Below are positions 30,290-45,009 of a DNA stretch of 64,000 nt, piece after piece; the first letter of the stretch is position 1, and each line of letters opens with the position of its first letter. The translations under genes were made by a program, and so were the position numbers. Under the pieces are notes generated by a model, which saw only the letters and a program-made list of their open reading frames with translations, was not told the DNA's origin and did not search any database. Source of the stretch: the human T2T-CHM13v2.0 reference genome, Homo sapiens; assembly GCF_009914755.1 (NCBI RefSeq), contig NC_060940.1, one strand, 5' to 3'.

Positions 30290-31194
30290 CTAATCTCGTT
30301 TTCTCTCCTGAGGTAACCACTCTCCTTGATTTTGTGCTTATTAATTCCTTGCTTGTAGTTTTACAATTTTTTTTCCCCCTAAACAACATGTTTAATGTTT
30401 CATACAGTTTAATGAATTATATTAAACTTCATATAAATGGAATCCAATCTTATTACACGTATGTTTCCACAGTTTGTTTCTCTTGCTCAACATGACTGTT
30501 TAAGATTCAGATTGTTATAATTTATTTATTTTTCATGGCTGTATAGTGTTCTCAACATTTATTTATTCTACTCTGGACACAGATTTCTAGAAGTTTGTTG
30601 CTGTTTTGTTTTCTTATAAATGGCACTATGAACATTTCTGTCACCTGGGGAAATGAGCAAGAATTCCTCTAGAATCTGTTAATAAGTAAAACTGGTAGGT
30701 TATAAGGTTCATACACATCTTTAAATTTTATTAGATAATACCAAATTGTTTTCCAAAGGGGTTATGTCCGAATTCACTTTTCTCCCAGCAGTGTATAAGG
30801 GTCCCACTTGCTCTACATATTCTTGCCAATACCTGATACTGTCTGTGCCTGGCAATTTTACTTAATAACATATAATAGAGAATCTTACATATTAGCATAT
30901 ACAGGGCTGCCTCATCCTGTCTAAAGGGCTTCATAGTATTCTAGCATATAGATATACTGTATTTGTACAGTTGTCTATTGAGGCAACTCTCCAATATTTC
31001 CCTTTAATGGATTATTTCCAGTCTTTTGTTATTTCAAACAATAACAATGGACAGCCTAATTTATCGTTACGAAATTCATTTCACACATGAAACTATATCC
31101 GTAGAATAAATTCCTAGAAATAAAATTTCTGGGTTAAAGAGTATATGCATTTAAAATGTTCACAGATATTGCCAAATTATTCCACATATATATA

Positions 31195-31630
31195 GGAAAA
31201 AAACTCTCAAACCATGTTTTTTTCTGTCACACCACAGCAACACAGAAGGCTTTTGTGACCAAATGCGTGGGGTTTCTCCCCCACACACCAAGCAGTGGAC
31301 ACCAGCCAGGTGTCCTCCAATTCAATTCTGACACTGTCTACCTGGAGATAGTATCAGATCCCATGGGTTGATGGCTCAGTCCCCAAGACTGCCACCCACC
31401 CCATCCCAGACACCAGTCAGTCACAAGCCGGGGCCTCCAAAACTTCTGACTGGCTTCAAGTTGGGGTTCCCACAATCCCCTTTTTGGGTTTAATTAACTT
31501 GCTGGAACAAGTCACACAACTCAGTGAATCACTTATGCTTATTGATTTATTATTAATATAAAGGATACTACAAAGGATATAGATGAAGAGATGTGTAGGG
31601 TGAGGTATGGGGGAAGGGGCATGGAGCTGT
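31195..31630 (-). mobile_element. MER21-family LTR fragment inside old L1M
   Basis: Reverse complement of motifs in the MER21 at 45010 (ttcaattctgacactgtctacctggagatag). Confidence 0.75.
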
Positions 31631-31794
31631 TGTTGGTACTTCCCTTAATGAAGTACAAGAACTCTTTAAATATTAAGGAAATTAGCCATTTGTCTGTGGT
31701 TTGACCTATTGATATTTTAGCCTAGTTTGTTATTTTTCTTTTGTTTATGGTAGATTTTTTTTGTATGTAGAAATTTTATTTTTCTGTAGAGTCC

Positions 31795-32084
31795 TTTTTT
31801 TTTTGGAGATGGAGTCTTGCTCTGTCGCCCAGGCTGGAGTGCAGGCACCATCTTGGCTCACTGCAACTTCTACCTCCCAGGTTCAAGTGATCCTCCTGCC
31901 TTGGCCTCCTGAATAGCTGGGATTACAAGTGTGCACCACCATGCTCGGCTAATTTTTGTATTTTTAATTAGAGATGGGGTTTCAACATGTTGCCAGGCTG
32001 GTCTTGAATTCCTGACCTCAAGTGACTCACCTGTCTTGGCCTCCCAAAGTGCCGGGATTGCAGGTATGAGCCATCGCGCCCAGC
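31795..32084 (-). mobile_element. AluS
   Basis: TSD tagagtc. Confidence 0.92.
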
Positions 32085-32254
32085 CATAGAGTCAAATTTA
32101 ATAATCATGTCTTTTATAGCTTCTAGGTTTTGTACCATACTTTTGGAAAGGTCTTCTCTTACTTCAATAGTAAATTACTTGTGCATATATTAAACACAGC
32201 AGTTGTCAGACTGGACTGCACTAAAAAATGAACTCTCAGTTTGAGTTTTCTCTA

Positions 32255-32795
32255 CAGTAGGTTTCTCAACCTCAGCAGCATTCACTTTTTTTTTTTTTTT
32301 TTTCTTAAGAGACAGAGTCTCACTTTGTCACCCAGGCTGGATCATAGCTCACTGTAGTCTCAAACTTCTGGGCTCAAGTGATCCTCCTACCTCATCCTCC
32401 CAAGTAGCTAAGACTTAGACAATCCTGACACAGGCATGTACCACCACATCCATCTACTTAAAAAAATTTTTTTAAGGAGATGGGGTCCCCCTATGATGAT
32501 TTCAAACCCCTGGCCTCAAGTGATCCTCCTGCCTCAGCCTCCCAAGTAGCTGGGATTAAAGACATAAGCCACCACACCTGGCCCACTACTAACATTTTGG
32601 ACCAAATAATTACTTGTTGCTGGGGTTGTCTTGGGCACTGTAGGATGTGTAGCAGTATCCCTGGCCTTTACTCACTAGAAGTCAGTAGCACTCTCTCCCT
32701 CTAACAGCTGTGATAATCAACATGTCTTGAGACATTGTCAAATGTCCCTGGGAGATGGAGTGGCCAAAACTGTCCCTAGTTGAGAATCTCTGCTC
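32255..32795 (+). mobile_element. MER20 interrupted by an antisense AluJ (about 32286-32584)
   Basis: cagtaggtttctcaacctc..gacattgtcaaatgtccctgg..gttgagaatctctg. Confidence 0.75.
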
Positions 32796-33239
32796 TAGAA
32801 ACAGGTTTACCTTCAATACTTCCTTCTATTCATAGAAATGATCAGACCTAACCAATTGTATTTAACCTGAAAGGTATCTCTAAAACATTGGAACTATTTT
32901 TTTTAGTTTAATATTTTAAATTAAAGTACTTGGTGCTGACAATTCTTTTGTACAGTTCTGTCTCTAGCTTTAGAATAGCTTAAGAGCAGCCATTACCTCA
33001 TGTCCAATGGAATTAATCAAGTATGTTATTTAAAGACCACAAAACAGAATGTTGACAGAGGAACCCAGGCAGGATCCAAGTCAATTCACTCCACTTACTC
33101 TAGCTTAAGAAGGGTTTTCCTTTTAATTTCCAAAATTAAAGTCAGTTTTGAAATGATACTTCCACAGAGTGCTTACTTTCCAAGGTGAGCTCTCCAACCA
33201 TGGCATGGATACAACAGCCACGATAATGAAGAGTGTGTA

Positions 33240-34800
33240 GTAATGGTGCAGGAATAGATACATCAATCAACAATACGGAATCAAACACCCCAAGAGAGCT
33301 AGGATATATAAGATGGCATTACAAATCAGAGGAAAGAATGGATTATTCAGTAAACTGTTTTAGGTAACTGGCTTAACATTTATAAAAGAATTAAGATTCC
33401 CACTTATTACCATGCAGCAAAATAAGATGGCAAATTAATATAAAAATTAAAATCATAAAAAGGAAAATATTCTAGTTGACTTTGTGGTCTTAGGAATAGG
33501 GAAAACTTTTCTAGGTATACATACAAAGTCAGACTATAAAGAAAAATACCATAAATTTAAAGGTAAACAATAACCTCTGTGCAATACACATGAAGGGGTA
33601 ATAGTCTTTATATGTGATACCTTTCAAATCAACAAGAAACCTAAAATCAAAATTGAAAAATGGAGAAAAATATGAATAAGCAATTCATATAAGATGGCAT
33701 ACAGAACATCAAAAGTATATACATTTTTAAAAATTCAGTCTTTCCAGTAACCAAAGAAATGAAAACCACCAGCCTGGGCAACATAGCAAGACCCTATTTC
33801 TATAAAAGGATTTTTAATTAGCTAGGCATGGTGGCGCATACCACCATGTAAGACGGAGGTTACTCAGAAGGCTGAGGCAAGAAGGTCACTTGAGCCCAGG
33901 AGATTAAGGTTATAGTGAGCCATGATCATGCCACAGCACTTCAGCCTGGGCTACAGAATGAGAACCTGGTTTGTTTGTTTTTTTAAAGCAAACCAAGAAA
34001 ACTTCTATATTTTGACTATTAACGTGGCAAAAACTAAAAACAACAGCAAGAAACACAGGTTGGGGAGCTCAACAAAATACTCTCCAGTAAAAACATAAAT
34101 TTCTATATGTATTTCCTCAGCGCAATTTGGCAACACATATTAAAACCTTTAAAAATGTTAATATCCTCCCACCCAGTATATATATAGGAATTTAGAATAC
34201 AGCAGAGATAGCATCAAGAAATATCAGGGGAGAAAAAGGGCTAGTTAATGAAGAACACGGGGGCAACCGGTTATAGTGAGGAAAACATAAAGCTAGATAC
34301 TTATTTCAAATTATGAACAAAAATAAATTCAAGAGGCTTTACAAAGCTAAACATAAAAAAGAGAACTATAAACGTGGAGTAGGAAAGTCTTTTCAATGTA
34401 AGAAAGAAAACCCTGAACCCATAAAGAAAAAAACTGATCCACAAAATTTTAAACATCTTTGTCAAAAGAAACCATAAATAATAATGAAAAATAAATTTGA
34501 AAAACAACGTGAGACTGGGAGAAAATATTCACAACTATATAACAATATCTGGAATACATGACTAGGTACCAAACATTAATAAGAAAAAATTTAAAACCTC
34601 AAAAGATTAAATATGTGGCCAGTAACATGAAAAGATGTTCAACTTAATAAAGAAATGCAAATTAAGACAAAATACCATTTTTGGGGCCATCAAATTTTCA
34701 AAAGCTAAAAAGATTTATACTATCCAGCACTGGAAAAGATACGGAGAAATGAATATACTTTTACACATTGTTGAGAGGGTTGGAAGAAAAACTGGTGCAC
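33240..34800 (+). mobile_element. Degenerate L1M ORF2 fragments
   Basis: gaatagatacatcaatca.., gaatggattattcagtaaa.., aagatgttcaac..gaaatgcaaattaa. Confidence 0.6.
33768..33966 (+). mobile_element. Partial AluJ
   Basis: Starts mid left arm (accagcctgggcaacatagc). Confidence 0.85.
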
Positions 34801-35069
34801 CTTTTGGGTTGATGTTGATGTTGCAGCAGCAGCATCAGTTAACTCTTATACAGTGTTAACATATCCCAGTATCCTAAGTCCTTTGTATACAGCAGCTCAT
34901 TTAATCGTTCACAACCCTATGAGGGAGGTACTGTTATTTCTCCATTTTACAGATGTACGGATAAAGAACCTGAGGCACACAGATGTAGAGTAACATCTTT
35001 CTTACACAGAGATGTTGGATTTGGGAATTTGGCTCTATAATCTGTGTTATTTGCTATGCTACACAGTCC

Positions 35070-35455
35070 TACACTGCAGTAGCAACCATGGAAGTACACT
35101 GCTCAAGATCTCCCTTGAAGATACCTTGCAGTTCAGTTCTGATGTGCCTTTAGGACTTAACTCCCTCGTCTTTCAAGATCAGGCCACTTTCTTCCCTGGC
35201 AGTCACAGGTCAATAACTGAATACATGGGAGTACCAGGGCCTGGCTATTTCTAACCAACTGGTAGTACTATCCTTCTAATAGGCAATCTTCACTCCAGAG
35301 TGCCCCACTGAATAGGCTGTAACTGTTAGATGTAAATCAGTCTGAGCTCTTTCCCTTCCTTCAGCTTCTGACTGCCTATCTTTCACAGGTACTCAGTGAA
35401 CTATTTGCAGTCCTAACTCTGTCTCAGTGTCAGCTTCCCAGAGGACCTGACACAA
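35070..35455 (-). mobile_element. Old ERVL LTR (LTR16/LTR33-like)
   Basis: ctctgtctcagtgtcagcttcccagaggacctgac motif. Confidence 0.5.
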
Positions 35456-35647
35456 CTGCCTTTCTAAGGAAACTTCAAGTGCATACACCTTTCAGCTTAG
35501 CAATTTCATTTTTACATATGCAACCCACAGAAAAACCTGCATATAGGGAAAAAGAAACAGGTACAAAGATGTTCACCGCACTATTACTTATAATAGCACT
35601 ATTACTAAATATCTATCAATACAGGAATGGTTAAATTATGGTGCATA

Positions 35648-36074
<427 letters not shown>

Positions 36075-36242
36075 TTATTAAAAAATTATATATATTTCTG
36101 TAAGTCCACATATTTATAAATATGTAGAAAACTGATAGTAGTTCCAGAAAGGAAAGATGCCAGGAGGGGGTGAAAAAGGTAGGGATGAGCGAGTCCTATA
36201 TTTTAACTTTTCATTTTAAAATGTAGAATGCATTAATATATA

Positions 36243-36917
36243 TAGTCGATCCTCATTATTCAGGGATTCCATACTTGCAAATATGCCTACTCACTAAAAT
36301 TTATCTGCAAGCTCCAAATCAATAGTTGTGGCACTTTTGTGGTCATCTGAGGACGTAATCCACGTGTAGAGTGGCAAAAAAATTTGAGTCACATGACAGC
36401 CATGTTCCCATATGCAGCTTAGCATGGCAATGCTCTGTTGTCTCAGTTCTCCTATAGTAAGTGCATGTCTTTTCTGTGGTCTCTTCAGCGCCACGTCTTT
36501 CACATTTTTGTGCCTTTTACTGATGATTTCACTGTTTAAAATGGTCCCAATTATAGTGCTCAAGTGCCGTCTAGTGTTCCTAAGTGCAAGAAGGATTTTC
36601 CCTTTCAGAGAAAATATGTGTGTTAGGGAAACTTCGTTCAGGCATGAGTTACAGTGCTTCTGGCACAATACTGTTGACATATATTCTTGTACAGGATTAT
36701 TAATATATAATATTAATGTAATTGAATCAATACATATTAAATAATATGTCCTAAAACAGAGACATACAATGAGGTTATGTATTGATCAGTTGATGAAATG
36801 TGACCAGAGACCTGCAGGAACCTAACCCTATTTCCCCCAGGGGCAATGATCCAGTATTCACTAATTCAATGTTTGCAGTGACTTTACAGAACATAACTAC
36901 CACATGAGAATCGACTG
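36243..36917 (+). mobile_element. MER82 (Tc1/mariner Tigger-type)
   Basis: TIRs agtcgatcctcat / atgagaatcgact, flanked by TA. Confidence 0.85.
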
Positions 36918-37089
36918 TATTACTAAAGTTTAAAAAACAAAAAAGAACCATGTTGGCCAGAGCAATAGCTCTAGTCTTTAAATAGAGCAATAAAGCCATT
37001 AATAGGGGTTGAAGTGTCCCTTTAGCTTTCCTGTGCACTCAAATCCCACATTCCTCAGCTGCCTGCTTTTCATGGTGATGATATGGCCA

Positions 37090-37311
37090 GGAATTGAACA
37101 ATGAGAACACATGGACACAGGAAGGGGAACAGCACACACCCGGGCCTGTTGTGGGGTGGGGGGAGGGGGGAGAGATAGCATTTGGAGATATACCTAATGT
37201 TAAATGACGAGTTACTGGGTGCGGCACACCACCATGGCACATGTATACATATGTAACTAACCTGCACGTTGTGCACATGCACCCTAAAACTTAAAGTATA
37301 AAAAAAAAAAA
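37090..37311 (+). mobile_element. L1PA 3' end (5'-truncated)
   Basis: gaacaatgagaacacatggacacagg..G-rich tract..cctaaaacttaaagtata-polyA. Confidence 0.95.
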
Positions 37312-37903
37312 GAGTTCTAGTGAAGAAAGAAAAAAATATATATCTCTTAACTCAAATTTTTCTTGACAAGGCCCCCAAAGAGAATTAAAGAAATCAAAAT
37401 GAGTTACTACTGACACCTAAATTCATTCAAAAAGACTTGCAATTTTTCCCCAGAAATTATCCATAAGTATTTTAGAATATTTTATGGATCCATAAATGAT
37501 CCATAGAATATATGCATTAATTATACTTACAGTTGAGCATCCCAAATCCAAAAATCCACATGTGGCTATTGAGTAAATGAAATATGCTATGCAATTATTT
37601 TTTTAAAACAGTAACTAAAACCTTTTTAAACTTACTGCCACCCTTTTAGCGTAGGAAATCTTTTTAAGAAATGCAAAAAGCAAATTTTTATTTTCAGGAT
37701 CTAATACCTAATCATTTTTCTCAGTTCCTAAATATTTTACTACCCATCAAGGCCCAGAGCCAATACTGATAACACAATACATTTTATTTATAAAGACTAT
37801 GGTGCTCTAGCCCCAGCGCTGCCTTTCTATGCCTTTCCCACTCCTGTAAAGTCACATCAGAAAACATCACATTTTTCTAAAATACCCAAACTTTACACTA
37901 TGA

Positions 37904-38298
<395 letters not shown>

Positions 38299-38384
38299 TA
38301 TTATTGCTATTATATGTAAGCTCATCATATAATGCAGAATAATTTGCTAAACTGAAGAGTTACTCTTAACATGAGGGCCCATGA

Positions 38385-38860
38385 AAGGTAGCATAGAATA
38401 ATGGTTAGGAGACAGTAAGCTATACAGCAAGGCTGCCTGGGGATCTGCCACTTACCAGCTCTGTAACCTTGGGCAAGTTACTTATCTTTTTCCCTACCTC
38501 ACTTTCTTCATCTGTGAAATGGAGAGAGTAAGTAGTACAGGTTGAGTATCCCTTATCCAAAATGATTGGGACCAGAAGTGTTTCAGATATCAGGATTTTT
38601 CAGATTTTAGAATATCTGCATTAATTATACTTACGGTTGAGCATCCCCAATCCAAAAATCCAAAATGCTTCAGTGAGCATTTCCTTTGAGCATCATGTCA
38701 GTGCTCAAAAAGTTTTGGATTCTGGAGCATTTGGGATTTGGGATGCTCAACTGTACCCACTTCACAGGATTCTTAGGAAGATTAAATAAATTTATTCTTG
38801 TAGGAAGCTTAGGAACAATCCCTGGCACACAGAAGTACTTAATAAATTAGTTATTATTAA
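38385..38860 (+). mobile_element. MIR interrupted by Tigger4a
   Basis: gtaaccttgggcaagttactt..catctgtgaaatgg | ..cctggcacacag. Confidence 0.7.
38538..38753 (+). mobile_element. Tigger4a/MER46A MITE
   Basis: TA-caggttgagtatccc ... gggatgctcaactg-TA. Confidence 0.85.
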
Positions 38861-38987
38861 TGTTGACAGGTTGTGCCAACAATGCAAACACAACACTTCT
38901 GGCTACCTAACTTGGGGGAACAGGTAAACATGTATCCCTTCAGTGGGTAGTACTCCATATAACTATTATCTATACTATTTTTATATA

Positions 38988-39355
38988 TGGTGTGGTTTGG
39001 CTCTATCCCCACCCAAATCTCATCTTGATTGAAACTCCTATAATTCCCACGGGTTGTGGGAGGGACCTGGTGGGAGATAATTGAATCATGGGGGCGGGGG
39101 GTTCCCTCCCATACTGTTCTCATGGTAGTGAATAAGTCTCATGAGATCTGATGGTTTTATAAGGAGTTTCCCCTTACACTTGGCTCTCTCATTCTCTCTT
39201 GCCTGCAGCCATGTAAGACAGGCCTTTCACCTTCTGCCATGATTGTGAGGCCTCCCCAGTCACGTGGAACTGTGAGTCCATTAAACCTCTTTTTCTTTAT
39301 AAATTACCCAGTCTTGGGTATGTCTTTATCAGCAGCATGAAAACGGACTAATACA
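38988..39355 (+). mobile_element. THE1 (THE1B/C-like) solo LTR
   Basis: TG..GGACTAATACA termini; TSD atata/acata. Confidence 0.9.
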
Positions 39356-41208
39356 ACATAATTGACACTTCAGAATTTCTCGAACTTACCTAAACTGATC
39401 ATATATTTAAGGCAAGTCTCTACGATTATAAATTCAACTGCTGGTATACAGAACCACCTAGACTTTATCAGATTCTGTACCTAAGATCTAAAAGTAACAA
39501 ACAACTCAGCTTTCTCTATGGCTGGGAGGGACAAACTATTTTGTCTTGAATCAAGGTATAATTTTGCATTTCTCTGGATGGAAAAGTATAGTATGTTAGT
39601 CCTGTTTAATTTAATTAATGAATTCCAATTTTTCAGAACACAGTAGGCTTTCCTTGGGATACCTAGCAAAATGGCTAGAATAAAAGAGGTGCTCAATAAA
39701 TATTCACTGATAAAATATAGGAAGATGAGGCAAGAGTGTGTGAATAGTCAGATGATAAGCATCCATGTGAGCAATGTAAAGATACATATTTAAGGAAAAA
39801 TAATCCCTATATGTGTCAAATGATAGTTATGTCAGAAATGGAAATGTACTGCTGTGACTAAAAGACTAAAATGCTGGGTACCATCAGAATTTAATGAAAA
39901 AAAGCAGAAAACTTTAAAATTCTTGCTATTCATAATGCTTATCTGTCCTCATGAAGAATATACAGTTTCTATGTGTCATGCTAGCAACCTAATGGCCTAA
40001 GACAGTTAAAAGATCACAGAAACAGATGAAAAATTTTCCATATGTTAAATTCCCAATGCTGCATGTCTTTAATTGTTGATCTTTACAGGGTAAGAAGTTG
40101 CTCCCAATTATAAACTGTTAATTAGTCAATAGTCCCACTGTTAATTTATGCATAAAAATAAAAGTGGCTGGACAGTATCCCACCAAATGCAGCATGATAT
40201 AAAAAGGAGTATGGGGTATGGAATAAGACAGAGGTGGGTGTGACTTTCAGCTCTCCAGCTTCTTTCCTCTATGACCTGAAGCACTTCAGGCATGTGAGTC
40301 TCAGTTTCTCCATTGTAAATGGGGAGATTCCGTTATCTATCTCAGAGTTGTTGCATATATTAAGAGTAGAATAACAACACAGTGCCCAGGTGCTTCGCCC
40401 CCTCTTCATCTGAACGGACTCCCGTTTTTGCGAGCCTGGAGAAAACTCAGCAGGTTGGTTTCCTTTGCCCTAACCCAGAGTACTGAATTCGCTTGGTGAC
40501 AGCTATGGTAATAGAGCACTGGGTGGTAACTTCTGGTGCCCGTGTGAAAATATATACCTCCAACAGGGCTGGTCTTAGAAATAACAGTTGGTGAAATGAT
40601 GGCAAGCATTACATGTCTTGTGATCAAATCCAGAAAAATTTAAACAGTATGGAGAGAACAAATGTAAATATGTTCTAGCAAATCAAAGGAAGTATCTTTT
40701 GAGTTGAAAGGTAACTTTTAGATACTTTATACAGTAAATATATAAAGTTCATTATTGTAGGAAGTGGCGTAGGCTGAAAGCATCCAAAAAGGTTTAAGTA
40801 AACTCCAGGTGATGGAGCCAGGATGAATTATTAGAAGATACATGTTTTTAGGACTATTCCTTGCCTAGAAAAGGTGTCAAATAACTGCCGACTGGGTCCA
40901 CCAAAAACTCATATGCCACCTACTTAGCAGAATCTTAATGCTGCTCAGCGATGCTTATGTTCATCCTTTGTTGACTGTTGCAGCCCCCAGAGCAGCTGTT
41001 CCAAACCTCTTCACACTCTTAGTTCTCTCATATCTGCCCAAAGTAGATAACCTTTCTTCCCACTCAAAGGAAAAAAATCAAGGTCATACAAATGAAGCAA
41101 ACCTTATTTGCCCTCCTCCACCTGAAAAATCTCCTGGAAACTCAGTTCCGAACATCTCAAAATTTCTCTTATACCATCTTCTTTTTCCGTTTGTTTTAAA
41201 GAAGATGA

Positions 41209-41530
41209 ATAGGCATAGTGGCTCACACCTGTTATCCTAGCACTTAGCGAAGTCAAGATGGGAGGATCGCTCGAGGCCAGGAGTTCAAGACCAAGCTGGG
41301 CAACAAACATAGTGAGACCTTGTCTCTACAAAAATAAAAATAGAAAAAAAGTAGGCAGGCATGGTGGTATGTGCCTGTAGTCCCAGCTACTAAGGAATAT
41401 GAGGTGGGAGGAATGCTTGAGCCCAGTTCAAGGCTGCAGTGAGCCATGACTGAGCAACTGCCCAGCCTGGGCAACAAAGTGAGGCCGTGTCTCCAAAATA
41501 AAAAAAAAAAATTAAAGTTAAAATTAAAAA
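41209..41530 (+). mobile_element. AluJ
   Basis: TSD aaagaagatgaa. Confidence 0.9.
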
Positions 41531-41639
41531 ATAAAGAAGATGAACTTCTTCTCTTTCCTGAAGCTTAACCCTTTACTTTGGTTTTTAAAAATCAAATTCC
41601 CTTCTCATCCATTTATTTTTACTTCAATTACTCCCTGAA

Positions 41640-41850
41640 CTAGTGTTAGTCAAAGTACGGTCTAAATACTTAACTACAGTTGTAACCTGGGTGCAGGTTG
41701 GGGGTTGGTGGTGATGAGGGTTATTTGTTTAAAAATGTCCTGCTCTGCAGACCTGCTGAATCGGATTCTCTGTAAGTGGTGCTAGCAATCTGCATTTTAA
41801 ACAAAATTCCCATGTTATTCTTGTGCATATTAAAAATTGACAATTGTCTT
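41640..41850. mobile_element. MER5A-like
   Basis: agacctgctgaatcggattctct..aatctgcattttaaacaa. Confidence 0.6.
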
Positions 41851-42198
41851 AGGCTATGGATCTTTCTGCTCTCTCTCTAAACTATGCTTCTGTATTCATA
41901 AAAAAACAAAACAAGGCAAGCTAAGCTTCCCTTAAATGACTCCACCTCAGATCACCACAGTGTCTCTCTTCTCATTACCTCTGTGGGTGAAATTTATCTC
42001 ACTGTCCACTCATTCTTCACACCTTTTGTAATATGACTTTCACTTCATTACTGTATTTAAATTGTTCTTTCCCAGATCATGTCCTCTAAATCTCTAAATC
42101 CAAAGATCTTCCCTAGTCCCCATTTTCTTCAGTTTTCTGAAGCATGTAATATTCGTAGCTATCTCTTCCCTTCCTGGAACTAAATGTCTTTACTTACC

Positions 42199-42409
<211 letters not shown>

Positions 42410-42769
42410 TAGGGCTGCAGCTTTTCTGTTGAATGTTGTAAATCCCAAGGCCCTTTATTCTTTCTAGAATTTTAGCCTTCTTCTCCATCTGCTTAGATGT
42501 TCTATTGCTTCTTTAAACATATAATGTATCTTACATGTAACCTTCTGACTTCCCCCATTTTGTTTCATTCATTCAGATATTTACTGCCCATCAGTGTATG
42601 CCAGGCACTGTTTCTTCTAAATCTGGTCATAAAAAGTTATTGAAGGCAGATACCTTCAATGACAATACTGTCACTCCATCAATCACCCAGTTTGGAAATC
42701 TTGGTATCATTCTTATTGCCTGCTTCTTATTATGCCCTCTAATATGTCAAAAATCATCCTTCTTTGTAA

Positions 42770-43022
42770 TTTTTAAAATACTTTTAAGTTCAGGGGTACA
42801 TGTGCAGGTTACATAGGTAAACTTGTGTTATGGGGGTTGGTTGTACAGATCATTTCATCATCCAGGTATTAAGCCTAGTACCTATTAGTTATTTTTTCCT
42901 GATCCTCTCCCTTCTTCCACCCTCGGATAGGCCCTAGTGTGTGTTGTTCCCCTCTTATGTGTCCATGTGTTCTCACCATTTAGCTCCCACTTATAAGTGA
43001 GAACATGATGTATTTGGTTTTC
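42770..43022 (-). mobile_element. Older L1PA 3' end
   Basis: ttttaagttcaggggtacatgtgcagg..gctcccacttataagtgagaacatg. Confidence 0.9.
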
Positions 43023-43515
43023 AATTTTTCTTATTTGTTCCTTCTGTTTCCATTGCTATCATTATTCCTGTCCAGATCTTTATGTCCTAATGTTGAAATC
43101 ATTCCAATAATTTCTTAACTAGTTTCTCTACTTCCAGTTCCTACTATATTTCATTCATTCAACAAACAGATCCAATGCCTTCCATGTGCTAGGCACATTC
43201 TGGGTGCTGAGATATAGCAGTAGTAAGACAGATAATATTTCTTTTCTCATGAAGCATATATTCTAGTGGAGGGAGCCAGTAAAAAAGTGAACATATTAAT
43301 AAGCAAGGTAATTGCAGTCATAAATGCCATAAGAAAAATCATACAGGGTAAGGCATTAGATAGGAGGAGGGAGTGCTGCTATCTTAGATTCAGGGTGGTT
43401 AGGGAAGGCCTGTCTGAAAAGGAGATATCCAGCTGAGACATAGATCCTACCACACTACTTATAAATGCATATTTCTAAAATACCACTTTTATGTTATCTC
43501 CTGGCTCATGAATTC

Positions 43516-43667
<152 letters not shown>

Positions 43668-44015
43668 TAATGATAAGACAAAGGCCAAAATTCCAAACCT
43701 AACTTTCCAACCTAATTTTCTAAAAAATTCCTTACAGATTCTGCTTCAACTAGCATTTACTGAGTTGTTAAAGGCTGTATCAGGCGTAGAGCTTGACATC
43801 TTTTCCTCAAAATATACCCAGCTGAAAATCCCTAACAAGTATTATAATTTCCTTTTTATAGATAAAAAGGAAAGAAACTTGCCTAAGGTCACCTAGCTTA
43901 TAAGTGACAGAATTGGGTCACAAATAATGTTAAAAACTGCTACTTATTGACATGTATCATGTATCCCAAACTATGCGTTAAGGAGTTCACTTGTCCATTT
44001 AATTCCCATCACTGA

Positions 44016-44190
44016 GAACAGATTATTATCATTAGAAAACTGATATGATTCAGTATGATTATTGTTAGGAAACTGAAGCTTAGAGAAGGTTGAATAATCT
44101 GCCTGAATAGATGATTATGATTAGAAAACTGATATGATTCAGTATGATTATTAGGAAACTGAAGCTGAGAGAAGGTTAAGTAATCTGCCT
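44016..44190. repeat. Approx. 88-bp tandem duplication inside a MIR
   Basis: attagaaaactgatatgattcagtatgattatt..ggaaactgaagct..gagaaggtt..taatctgcct occurs twice (44016-44104, 44105-44190). Confidence 0.9.
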
Positions 44191-45009
44191 AACTCACTAA
44201 GCAGTCAAGATTAGACCTGAGACCTGACTTCAATGTCTATTACAGAGCACTATGCTTAGTTCATTCATTGCTTTCTCCCATGTCATTGCTTTCTCCCATG
44301 TCAGTTTTGGATGAACACAATGGTCTCCTTTCCCACATCTCTACCCAGACTACTAAACTCTGCTGGATAAAAGTACATAACTGTAAGATTGGCATCATTA
44401 AAAAATTTATGCTTTATGGACCCAACTAGCCCCTCAATACAACCCAGAAATCTGTTTTTTTAGCTGGCTCTCTCTTATTCTGTACAGTAGCTTTTCAACC
44501 ATTTTTAAAATATATACTCTTTTCAAACTTCCTACCAGTATTATCACTCCCATTTCACTCCTAGCAAGTGACCCTTCTTGTTATCTCTATAAGTCACAGA
44601 GGTGGACTCCCTCAATTTCCTACCACCATTATCTGTAACCTAACTTCATCTTCATTGGTCCTCACTTCCTTTCCTCATGTCACAAAGTGTTTCTTGTCTC
44701 CTAAAATCTATCCCTCTGTTATGCTTTACCACTCTGGTACTATTAGGGTCCTTGATCTATCAACTTTGGTGCATTATCAATCCCTCCCTCTCTGCTGGCT
44801 CCTTCTCATTACGATGGATGTTGACTAACCTCACTATCCCTTGCACAGGCAAAATTCCATCTTCACTGTTGTCTTACTCTCCCTACTAGTTATTTTGCAA
44901 CCCACTGTGAATGAGGCTCCTACTTTACCACTTCTCTGAAACGTCTCTCTCCAAGGCTATTAACAATCTCTTTAAGACTAATGTACTTTTCAATTTCATC
45001 TTGTTATAC

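Noticed and set aside
36294-36744. Overlapping 128-aa and 110-aa ORFs
   Set aside because: Inside the non-autonomous MER82 element; no transposase motifs.
39251-39263. PRDM9 hotspot motif in the THE1 LTR
   Set aside because: Reads CCTCCCCAGTCAC, which misses the CCNCCNTNNCCNC consensus at two defined positions.
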